Assembly: GCF_006345805.1 (NCBI RefSeq)
Contig: NC_042999.1
Coordinates: 76,508,001 to 76,572,000, forward strand
DNA: 64,000 bases
Origin: Octopus sinensis
Lineage: Eukaryota
Direction of reading: 5' to 3'
Positions 53,661 through 64,000 of the stretch are shown piece by piece. A program made the translations under genes and the position numbers. Numbering within the stretch: position 1 is the first letter of the stretch; the number at the start of each line of letters is the position of its first letter. The notes beneath the pieces were generated by a model that was given only the letters and a program-made list of their open reading frames with translations, was not told the origin of the DNA and made no database searches.

Positions 53661-54555
53661 CTCGCTCTCTCTCATACACACCCACTCTCTCTCTCTCTCT
53701 CTCTTTCCTTCTTTCTTTCTCTGTCTCTGGTCACGTCAATAATCAACTAGTTGGGTTTGTAGCTATGCATAAAGTGAGACACTCCTTCTATCTCTCCCTC
53801 TCAGTCTATCTGTCTATCTCTCCCTCCTCTCTCTCTCTCTCTCTTTCTCTCTCAGTCTCTCAAACTCTACGTGTATATCCTTGCGCGTGCGGTCAAGTGT
53901 GTATTGCCTCCAGTGTTAAAACGTACAGTCACCAAAATAGGTTGAATGCTCACTCAACCGTGCGAAATCGTCACCGTCCAAACAGCCACGCCCAACTGCC
54001 TCATTCCGTCTAGACACACTGCGTCTACAAAGGAAAACTTGTTTTAATCAAGGATGAAATAACGATTTAACAAAGCAATTTGCAACCAAATGTAAGATCT
54101 TAACAGTGAAAAGTGAAATAGATTTTCATTTACCATGACATGAAATTAAGCATTTAGAAAGTACAGGGGGGAAATTGAGTGTTTCTGTCATTGGCGTCTC
54201 TTATTAAATTCATTAAAAACCTTAGTGGAGTGAAACGGCTACAACTTGGAATCTACAATTATATCTTGATTTATCGGCAACATATCTTTACTCGAACAAT
54301 TACAATCAATAATTACGAAGTTTTTTGATTCAAACTAACCCATTTTACGATCAATACATATTCTTTGATTCAGAGTTACTACACATATTCTACACACTAG
54401 TGTTCACATATCAACTTGTTTTCTAATAATAATGGTGCTTGTGGTTCGAACAAAAACACAAGGGGATAAGACTAAATACTAAATAGCAATTAATCCGGTG
54501 TCCTATTGACTTACTACACAAACTACCGCATTCTGGCTACTTTACATTCACAATT

Positions 54556-54767
54556 TACCCGGGTGCTGAAACGTTCTATGCTTTGGGAAAAAGAAAATAT
54601 AAGAGGATCAGTTAATTATGGTTTTGTTCAACATATTCCCCTCTCAGATTCACACAGCGGCACTTCAGTTCTTCTAAACCATGTAAAAGAATTCGTAAGT
54701 TTGGGTCTCCGACCAAGTCTTTTGCGACACTCTTAATGTTAGGAACCTTTCAGCACTCTCTCGAATA
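54556..54767. mobile_element. Mariner-like MITE with imperfect TIRs
   Basis: Left gtgctgaaacgttct..ttt versus right aatgttaggaacctttcagcac (reverse complement gtgctgaaaggttcctaacatt). Body homologous to 4609-4790. Confidence 0.65.
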
Positions 54768-54787
54768 CGTGTGTATGTGCAACGTGT

Positions 54788-55120
54788 GGAGGCGCATGGC
54801 TCAGTGGTTAGATCGTCGAGCTTACGATCGTGAGGTTGTGAGTTCGAATCCCGGACCGGGCTACGTGTTGTTTTCTTGAGCAAGACACTTTATTTCACGT
54901 TGCTCCAGTTCACTCAGCTGTAGAAATGAGTGGCGACTTCACAGTTGCCAAGCTGTCTTGGCCTTTGCCTTTCCTTTGGATAACGTTGGTGGCGTGTAAA
55001 GGGGAGGCTGGTATGCATGGGCAACTGCTGGTTTTCCATAAACAACCTTGCCCGGACTTGTGCCTGGGAGGGTAACTTTCTAGGAGCAATCACATGGTCA
55101 GTCATGACCGAAGGGGGTCT
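54788..55120 (+). mobile_element. tRNA-headed SINE, family A, apparently full length
   Basis: A box tggctcagtggtt and B box gagttcgaatccc, followed by a non-tRNA body of about 250 bp (ttcttgagcaagacactttatttcacgttgctccag..). Confidence 0.8.
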
Positions 55121-55475
55121 GTCTCAGCATGTGCAACGTAATGAACTAAGTTTGAAAAATAGTACTTCAGTTGGTTATGGCAATTGTTAACAACGCTGTA
55201 ACTTGAGACCAGCTGTCAGAAAAGCTCTAGTTCATTGTATTCGTGGTACTAAATGATACCTTTAGGGTAGCATAGTGCAAGATTATGGCGGGGATGGGGG
55301 CGGCGTTGTATAAACGAAGCGTGTAGCTATAAGGGCAACTATAACACGCATATCTAGAAGGAACAACAGACTGTCACATGCAGTCAGAAAATGGCATGCA
55401 GAGGGGGTGCATGTGTGTATGATACATACATACATATACACATACATATATGTATGTGTGTATGCGTACATATAC

Positions 55476-55544
<69 letters not shown>

Positions 55545-56232
55545 ATATATATATATATGCATGTATGTATGAATGTATATGTATATGCTTATGCACATAC
55601 ATATGTATGTAGTATGCAGGAATGGAAAGAGAAATAAGGAAAGATAGGGAGAGAGTGCAATTTCAACTGTGACGATTGTTTTTGAGATGCTATATCTCGA
55701 AAGTACCCTTGGGACCAATATAAAATGAAGCATGCAATATAATATATTACAAATGTATAGCTTCTTTATTGAGTATCTATATAGTTATGGCAACAACTTC
55801 ATCAGGGGATTTTCCTTCAACAGAATTCCAAATGCAGTCAACGTTGCCATTGTTTCCGAATGTTTAATCACTACAGAACACCTACTTAGTTTAAGGCATG
55901 AGTCAACATTTCCCTAAGCAAAAATATTAACAGTTTCCTATGCTGCACAGTGTTAATGCGTATTAACTGAATTCCCAAATTGAATATACTTGAACGAATA
56001 TGTTATTAACATTCCAAAATATTCGACGATATTATTCGAAGCTTCTTCACTATACCTAACACATGGAACAATTTCACCAGTAAGTAGTACTGGGAAAGTT
56101 GACAGATTCGAAAAAGTAGTAAAAATAAAGCAAAAAAAAATCAGTTCGATTACTTATAGATATATTCAGAAGCAAATCAATTTTCCTATAAGTTTCCCTC
56201 TGACTCCCTCTCTCTCTCTATCTATCTCTCTA

Positions 56233-56264
<32 letters not shown>

Positions 56265-56611
56265 ATATATATATATATATCTTTCTCTATCACCCCCTTT
56301 TTTTCCTCTTTCTATCTCTCTCAAGAGTAATTTCAAAGTAACATCAACTGATGAGGCATGAAAGTAGAAAACTAAGATGAAAATATGTGTGGTGGGGGCG
56401 GAATTTTGTGTGTGTGTATGTGTGTGTGTGTATGTGTGTGTGTGTGTATGTGTGTGTGTGTATGTGTGTGTGCGTGCGTGCGTGTATGTACGTGTGCACA
56501 CTTACACACACGTAGGGTTGAAACACACAGATAATATGAGACAGAATGTGATAGATGTGCATTTATATCCGAGTGTACATTTGCATCAAAGCACAAAGAC
56601 ACACACACACA

Positions 56612-56720
<109 letters not shown>

Positions 56721-58029
56721 GCGTGCGTACACATACATACACACGCGCACGCATGTATTGTAAAACTACGAAAGGAATAATCAAAAACTCAATGAACGCA
56801 ACTTACTAGGCCCTGTAGTAAGACCACACACACATACACACAAACACACATGCGTGTACTTATGTTGAATTGTTTTATTAAAAGATATTGATAGTGACTT
56901 CGAAGTTTTGCTGCTTATGATGCTTTTACCAACGAACAATTGAGAAATCACTGTCAATAAAATTCTACATATACATATGTGTATCAAAAGTGGGCGAGAG
57001 GAAGAGAGAGAGGAATGGGTGAAATACACACACACACACATACTTTCATACATACATAAATACATACATACATATATACATACAGACAGACAGACAGACA
57101 GACAGACGTATGTCTGTATTTTACGAGCGAATTTATTTATGCGCGACATGTAGTAATGTAAAATTATTCAAGTTATAATTGTATTTAACGGATATGATTT
57201 CTAATTACATTCTTCCTAAGACGAAATCCGGTATCAAATCCTAGTACTGTCGATGTTCTCCTTAGAATAATCAACCACGTATATGCTAAGTGAAAAAAAG
57301 GAGAAACATCACTTGATCGATTTAACTGAATAATCATCCCCGATATGGACGGAGACCCCTTTACTTTATGCATGTATGTATATGCGTGAAGTCCTAATCT
57401 AAGAAGAGAATCGATGTGTGACGTATCACAAGAAAATATGGACAATGTTATTTTTACGAGCATCGGTATGCATGTTGGCTGGTTTTCAGAAATAGTAAAG
57501 TGGTTTAGTTGTTTTACAGGCGTTGGTTTTATAGGGATAAGTTATGAATTTATGCCTCAAAATAAGGTATGTTCTTTAGTTCTTTATATTCTTTTAACCA
57601 TCAGGACTAATGGTATGCTGGAACACCGCATTACAGCGTGTGTGTGAAATCTAAAAGATGTCAATATGACATTTAAAAGATAATTGGTTCGGTTTATTTT
57701 TATCATTACTACGACTAAGAGAAAGCATCTTCAAATATTTTGCTTAATTTTAATAATGTTGATTTTTTTTTCTTCTTTTATCTCTATTTTATCATCTAAA
57801 TATATTTCGTTCGTTGAATATGTTATGTTATTTTCGACTACAAGTGACATTTATTTGATTTTGTTGGTTTTAGTTTCTAATTTGAAAGTCTATTTGCTGA
57901 AACGACTTCAGTTTCGTTCTTGGTATGTAGGCATGGCCATGTGATATTTTCTCTTTCCCTGAGCCAAGGAACGGTTCTTTGTGTCACATGAGCGCGACTC
58001 AAAGTTCGAATGAATTGAGTAACAACTTG

Positions 58030-58168
58030 AGCAGTTCAGTCCCATTGCGTGAAACCTTGGGCAAGTATCTTCTACTCAGGCCTTGGGCAGACCAAGTCCT
58101 TGAGAGCGGATTTCGTAGACGGAAACTGAAAGAGACCCGACGTGTATATATATATATATATATATATC
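58030..58168 (+). mobile_element. SINE family B, degenerate 5' part
   Basis: gttcagtccca.tgcgtg..accttgggcaagt.tcttctact..gtagacggaaactgaaaga. Confidence 0.7.
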
Positions 58169-58253
58169 AACAATTGAGGGTAAAATTAATTAATTAATCA
58201 ATTTCACCAAGTGTTCAGTATGTTTTACTAAGCCCTAATTATATAATATATAT

Positions 58254-58295
<42 letters not shown>

Positions 58296-58860
58296 GAGAG
58301 AGAGGGAGGGAGAGAGAAGGGGGAAGAGATAAAATACAAAAGGTTCAAATCAGGCACACACATATATATACGGGTTCAATTAGGATAACATATGTATTGC
58401 CAATCTGAAACATATATTCATACATTAGAAATATAAACATATATGAATACGAAAAATATACATGGACATCTAGATTATAGATATGTTAACATAATAATAG
58501 AAGATAGATAAAAAATAATGAAACATCGAAAAAAGATGTTTTTATATTTCATTATTTTTGTCTATTTTCTATTAATATGTTTTTATGCGCGTGTGTGTGT
58601 GTGTGTGTGTCCATGTATACTTTTAGAATTCATATACTTTTGTTTCTATATTTCTATATTTCTAATATATCAATATATGTTACAGATTGGACAATTCATA
58701 TTTTCTTAAACCCGTATGTGTATGTGTTAATTGTAGTCTGCCTAATTTGAACCTTTCCTATTGTGTCTATTGCACTTGCTTCGTGCTTCAGGTGCGACTT
58801 GAGTACTTCTACGTTGTTTTTCGAAAGAAAATTATAATCATATATATATATATATATATA

Positions 58861-59266
58861 TTCTTTTTATTCTTTTATTTGTTTCAGTCATTTGACTGTG
58901 GCCATGCTGGAACACCGCCTTTAGTCGAGCAAATCGTCCTCAGGAATTATTCTTTGTAAGCCTAGTACTTATTCTATTGGTCTCTTTTGCCGATTCGCTA
59001 AGTTACGGGGACGTAAACAAACCAGTATCGGTTGTGAAGCGATGTTGGGGGAACAAACACAGACACACAAGCATATACATATATATACATATATACATAT
59101 ATACCACGGGCTTCTTTCAGTTTCCGTCTACCAAATCCACTCACAAGGCTTTGGTCGGCCCGAGGCTATAGTAGAAGACACTTGCCCAAGGTGCCACGCA
59201 GTGGAACTGAACCTGGAACCATGTGGTTCGTAAGCAAGCTACTTACCACACAGCCACTCTTACGCC
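58861..59266 (-). mobile_element. SINE family B, full length
   Basis: Minus strand: ggcg.a.gagtggctgtgtggtaag (A-box-like), ggttcagttcc (B-box-like), ccttgggcaagtgtctt, an internal (TA/TG) tract and the tail aaataaaagaataaaaagaa. Confidence 0.85.
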
Positions 59267-59728
59267 TATGTATATAAAATTTATATATACTGTTGATATA
59301 ATATATGTAAGAAGTACTTGCCTGTGGTGTGTAGTCTTTCACCTTTTAAACAAATTATAACTACAGACATACACGCATATATTCATATGTATTTATAAAT
59401 GGATAGATGTATGGCTAAGTATATATACACAAACACACACACACCATGTATTCGTCATAGTTCTGATCTTCTTCCTTCTAAATTTGTTCGAATCGTTGGT
59501 TCATTCATCATAGCAAAGACATGATAAATTGGTTGGCGTACACGAAGATTCTTTCAGAATTTGACTGTTTAAATTTTCCCTATTTGGTTGGTTTTCTCAT
59601 GCACGATACCGATTTTCATTGGAAGCTTCTCATTAGCTAAAATAGCTAGTTGTGAAGGAAGCACACATACAAAGGGAAATATTATAAGCCGCCTTCTTCA
59701 CATTCACATAACAGAAACATACCGGGAC

Positions 59729-59930
59729 AAAAGAAGAAGAAGAAAGTGATGAAGAAGAAGAAGAAGAAGAAGAAGAAGAAGAAGAAGAAGAAGAAGAAGA
59801 AGGTGGTGATGATGATGATGAAGAAGAAGAAGATGATGATGAAGAAGAAGGAGAAGAAGGTGGTGGTGATGAAGAAGAAGAAGGTGGTGGTGATGAAGAA
59901 GAAGAAGGTGGTGGTGAAGAAGAAGAAGAA

Positions 59931-59966
<36 letters not shown>

Positions 59967-59983
59967 GAAGAAGATGAGGATGA
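59729..59983. repeat. Compound (GAA)/(GGT)/(GAT)n array
   Basis: Seen directly; contiguous with the tail of the SINE at 59984. Confidence 0.95.
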
Positions 59984-60194
59984 TTTCTACTATAGGCACA
60001 ATGCCTGAAATTCTGTAGGGGAGGAGCCTAGTCGATTGCATCGACCCCAGTGTTTCACTGGAACCTAATTTATCGACCCCGAAAGTATGAAAAGCAAAGC
60101 CCTCGGCGGAATTTGTACTCAGAACGTAGCGACAGGCGAAATACCGCTAAGCATTTCGTCCGGCGTGCAAACGATTCTGCCAGCTCGACGCCTT
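59984..60194 (-). mobile_element. SINE family C, full length
   Basis: Reverse complement starts aaggcgtcgagctggcagaatcg. Contains a B-box-like gagtacaaattcc, the central ctttcatactttcggggtcgataaa and the tail gtgcctatagtagaaa. Confidence 0.8.
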
Positions 60195-60227
60195 GAAGAT
60201 GATGATGATGATGATGATCATGATAAT

Positions 60228-60490
60228 GGTTTCAAATTTTGACACAAGGCCAGCAATTTCGGTGGAACGGGTAAGTCAATTACATCGACCTCAGTGCTCA
60301 AATGGCAGTAATAAAATAAATACCATTTACTGACCGCGAATGGCATTAACAAAATAGATGCCATTAAATGACCTCGAAATGTCGAAAGCAAAGACAACTT
60401 CGTAGGAGTTTGAACTCAGAAAGTAAAGTCGGGTGAAACGCCGCTAACCATTTTAAACGGCTAGCTAACGATTCTCCTAGCTTGTCGCCT
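60228..60490 (-). mobile_element. SINE family C, degenerate
   Basis: gacacaaggccagcaatttc..tacatcgacctcagtgctca..gtttgaactcagaa..ctaacgattct. Confidence 0.6.
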
Positions 60491-60491
60491 G

Positions 60492-60845
60492 CGTAGAAGT
60501 AGTGGGGGAGCATCATATCCATGTGTTCAGAGGAACTTTTTGGCGTTTGAATAATTCGCCTCTGGAAACATGGGTGCTTTGTTCAATATCCTTAACGAAC
60601 CTCATTCATAGACCTTTCGAGCGCGATGCGCTACTCGATCTAAAGAAACTTCTAAATGGGCCCCACCTGCAAGGTCAAAAGGTCATACGCTGTTTAGCTT
60701 GGTATGAAATCACCATGTTGCCCACACATGTCTGTGGTGTATGTGCCTGGTGTACCATTAACAGACGGTAGTCATGATGGGTATACTGGGCTTCATATAT
60801 TTGAACCCTAGTGTCACTTTGATGGTATGTGCTGCTCTTTCACTC
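60492..60845 (+). mobile_element. Family F element, 3' part, with (AAT)n tail
   Basis: Homologous to 17155-17638 (-); followed by (AAT)n to about 60917. Confidence 0.7.
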
Positions 60846-60852
60846 AACAATG

Positions 60853-60917
<65 letters not shown>

Positions 60918-61230
60918 TGCATATGCAATCCTCTTAAGTACGAAATATTCCAGCTATGAGAAAAATCAAGAATGTGAAGATAATGCTGATTATTACTGGA
61001 TTCTTGGGGATAGTATCAGAAGGCATCAAAAGGAATATAAAGGAAATCGGAACGGAGTGCCCAGTGGAGTTGTTACTGAAGATGTGACTCCTTGTTACGA
61101 CCAGAATAATCAAGAATGTATTACATAGTTGAAAAGAACAGATAACATGATACCGTAGGAGGCAGGTAGCAAGCAATTACGCATGCAAGACTTCAAGAGT
61201 TCCAACAAATTTGAGTTAAAAGAAAACATT
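60918..61230 (+). mobile_element. R4/Dong-like 3' fragment, different subfamily
   Basis: PLKYEIFQL*..KIKNVKIMLIITGFLGIVSEGIKRNIKEIGTECPVELLLKM*LLVTTRIIKNVL matches the RLE C-terminal pattern. Lies between (AAT)n and (AAC/AAT)n. Confidence 0.65.
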
Positions 61231-61254
61231 AGCAACAACAACAACAACAACAAC

Positions 61255-61286
<32 letters not shown>

Positions 61287-61328
61287 CAACAACAACAACA
61301 ACAACAATAATAATAATAATAGTAATAA

Positions 61329-61590
61329 TGTGGAAACTGTTAACAAGAATGCTTAGTGTGGAAACTGTTAACAGGAATGCTTTCCGAAAGCATTTAAAAG
61401 CACCTTGACAACCTGAATTTACTGCTAGAAGAAAAGAAAGGTTGCAGGAAAAATCTAACAATCTGAATGGAGGAATAATACCAGATTGGATGACTAGAGG
61501 GCGAACAATACAGATTATGAAAGAGAAAAGCAAGAAATTATAGACCAATCACTTGCTTATTATAAGTGTGGAACTGTTAACAGGAATGCC
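61329..61590 (+). mobile_element. Rearranged R4/Dong-like RT fragments
   Basis: VWKLLTGMLSESI*KHLDNLNLLLEEKKGCRKN is followed by IPDWMTRGRT..NYRPITCL..VW-LLTGM. Three copies of tgtggaa(a)ctgttaaca.gaatgc are present. Confidence 0.75.
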
Positions 61591-61691
61591 AGAAGGCTCA
61601 AAACTTTTCATACACTCCTCGTATTATACATAGATAAGACAATATTAAATGGAAGAAAAGCTGGATAGCAGACAATATAAGAGAACATATT

Positions 61692-61880
61692 TTTATTATA
61701 GCCACCATGCCTGAAATTTGGGGGTGTCGGTGGTTAGTTGATTACATTGTCCCCAGTGTTCAAACTACTTATGTCATCGACCCCGAAATGATGAAACAAG
61801 GTCGATCTCGGCGACATTTGAACTCAGAACGTAGAGACAGATGAAATGCTGTTTAGCGTTTTGTTCGGCGCGCTAACGAT
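61692..61880 (-). mobile_element. SINE family C
   Basis: caccatgcctgaaattt..ttgattacattgtccccagtg..atcgaccccgaaa..ggtcgatctcggcgacatttgaactcagaacg. Confidence 0.7.
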
Positions 61881-61882
61881 TG

Positions 61883-62342
61883 GCATACACTGGTCAATAT
61901 GCTGCACATACAATCTCTCCTAAAAGATAATTTTTGGGAATACAAACCACCACAAGTTGCTCAGAATGCTACAGTTACTGTCTTTTGGAATGTCAGAGGT
62001 TAGATGATCGGGAAATGCAGATTAACCGACTACTTGTCATTGTAACAAGTTAATTTCGAAAAAATATATATTTTGACTGATGTTGTAGCAATATCTGAAA
62101 AAAAAAAGACATCCCAGTAAGCACTTGAGAAACTGAGCAAATATAAGGACTTGCAGAAAGAAATCAGAGGATTTTGCTATTCAAAGCAACATCATCTATA
62201 GCTATTGGAGCACTTGTAATGATATCAAATGGTGCAAACAAAAATGTAAACCAATTTCCTGGCAACCCCAAAATAAGTAAATTGCAAAAGATCATACTTA
62301 AGAGGTATCTCACGTATTTTACGTAAATTCCTCTCCAGGTAA
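61883..62342 (+). mobile_element. R4/Dong-like 3' fragment, degenerate
   Basis: IHWSIC..FWEYKPPQV.QNATVTVFWN..EKLSKYKDLQKEI..IAIGAL.MI..FPGNP.I..LQKI.L..SRILRKFLS. Confidence 0.7.
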
Positions 62343-62385
62343 ATGCAATCGTATTCATTCAAACCTCATTATAAATTTTATAAAG

Positions 62386-62422
<37 letters not shown>

Positions 62423-62534
62423 ACAGGCATCAGGTTAGTTTTTGGTTGCATCATTTAATGCAAAAACTTGATGTCCCTCGAAGTTTGTGGTGGAGACATG
62501 GGTGCAGATTGTATAAATGGAATCAGAGACAAAT

Positions 62535-62536
<2 letters not shown>

Positions 62537-62585
<49 letters not shown>

Positions 62586-62627
62586 CAGCAGCAGCAGCAG
62601 CAGCATTAGTAGTAGTAGTAGTAGTAA

Positions 62628-62673
<46 letters not shown>
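62537..62673. repeat. (GTA)n/(GCA) array
   Basis: Seen directly. Confidence 0.95.
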
Positions 62674-62674
<1 letters not shown>

Positions 62675-64000
62675 AAAGGCGGTTTCACTTACGAAGCCAC
62701 CCGCATAAAAAGTGCTACAATCTATCTAGCAGTTTATTTCTCCATCTTTGAATGTAAGATATTTTTTTTTAAATCTATGTAACCCGACCATGTTCAGTGG
62801 TCGATATACTTTACGAAAAACAAACAAAAAAATCGCAAATGCGAGTCTTAGCGTGTCTTGGCACTCATTATATCGAAGATGGAATTTGTCGAGTAAAGAT
62901 ATTTAGACCAGTGAAAATTACTGAAACACATATACATAAATAAATATATGTGAGTGTATACACATATGCACTTACACACTCACATACACACACACAATAG
63001 ATTCTATACAGTATGAAATTTTATTTTCAAGCAACGTATTTAGTACAAGGAAAAAGTAACGTGCAGTGGGACCGAACTTCTAACCAAATCATTACAAGCA
63101 AAATTCCTAACCACATAACAATACCTATGTATATGTGAAAAGTATAAATTTCATTTTCCTGCTTTTTACCGTTCAAGATCCGCGTCTGTGGGTGTATACG
63201 TAGTCATGTTGCGCGTGTGTGTATTTATATCAATGTTTACATTCTGCGCTGAACGGTACTTGTTGACATTACTCTGTCAACAATCGTCCCATAGTTATGT
63301 GGTTTGGAAGATGAGTGGAAAGAAAATTCCTTTACTTCAAATATACTTAGATATATGTGTACATACGTAAGTGTAAAATATCATTAGTAAAGATACTTTG
63401 AATTCCTGTGTTATTTATTTTCTTCAACATATATTCGACGGAAACTTTTCTAAAGAGCACACGTATGACTTCCAATAAAGACAGGGACGGCCATAGTATT
63501 AGATATCTTTCTATCATGAAGAAATCTAATTGAAAGACTCTCAATGTGAGACATATCCATAAGAATATAAAAATGTGTGTATGGTATAAATTATATATAT
63601 ATATATAATATTCTTGTGCAGGCTGAGTATGTTCAATAAATTTCAGCGTTATAGCCGGAGAAAATTTGAAAAGTAAAATGTCTGAGAGTAAATATATTAA
63701 AATAAATTATTATTAATAAAATTAAAGAACAGTTTTTATTTCTAAACCAGTAGTTTATTTCCTTTTCTTCTATCCTAAATCCATTTAAACGCTTTCTTTC
63801 TTATTCTCCGGAGAATTGTTGGTGTTAAAAACGAATGAATACGTCTGCATCAACCTACTTCTCACTGTTAGGATTGCATCATCTATTTCTTCTACTGATC
63901 ATTGAGAAAATACACTTAACTTATTGAATCTGCAGAGAATTTTTCTCCCTTTAGTAGTTTTTACATTAAGAAAATTTCTCGAAGATTAGATAGCATAATG

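Noticed and set aside
54788-54865. tRNA gene
   Set aside because: A and B boxes are present but there is no closed acceptor stem or T terminator. The sequence continues into a repeat body shared with other copies, so it is a SINE head.
56348-56365. CUGAUGA-GGCAU-GAAA
   Set aside because: No stem II or stem III pairing.
59746-60018. Poly-K/M/V or acidic low-complexity ORF
   Set aside because: It is the compound microsatellite attached to a SINE tail.

Overview
AT-rich, microsatellite-saturated animal genomic DNA, intergenic or deep intronic. The repeat families look like those of Octopus (coleoid cephalopod); this is recognition from memory, not a search result. No host protein-coding exon could be supported, and almost all ORF-track entries are translations of (TA)n, (CA)n, (GA)n or trinucleotide repeats. 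Protein-coding remnants are all retrotransposons. Several R4/Dong-clade RLE non-LTR elements sit at TAA-type microsatellites: a young 5'-truncated copy at 29444-31537, a 5'-intact but deleted copy on the minus strand at 31760-33920, and six small fragments. There are also Tx1/L1-like and CR1-like 3' relics. At least three tRNA-headed SINE families, an (AAT)n-tailed non-coding retroelement family and two MITE families are present. The most interesting structure is a non-coding insertion at 51995-52453, nested in the internal (TA)n of a SINE. It carries an extended type I hammerhead ribozyme (52232-52292) with a palindromic stem III. It also has a 35-bp direct repeat defining a 354-nt monomer and a 77-bp-arm fold-back palindrome nucleated on a native hairpin. 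This looks like a retrozyme or non-autonomous Penelope-like element with a visible self-priming footprint. A second small element family (34950-35150, 51384-51587) carries a minimal hammerhead-like motif with a variant core. Other notable items are a 184-bp head-truncated SINE array inside an apparently identical 739-bp tandem duplication, and a permuted RT fragment.
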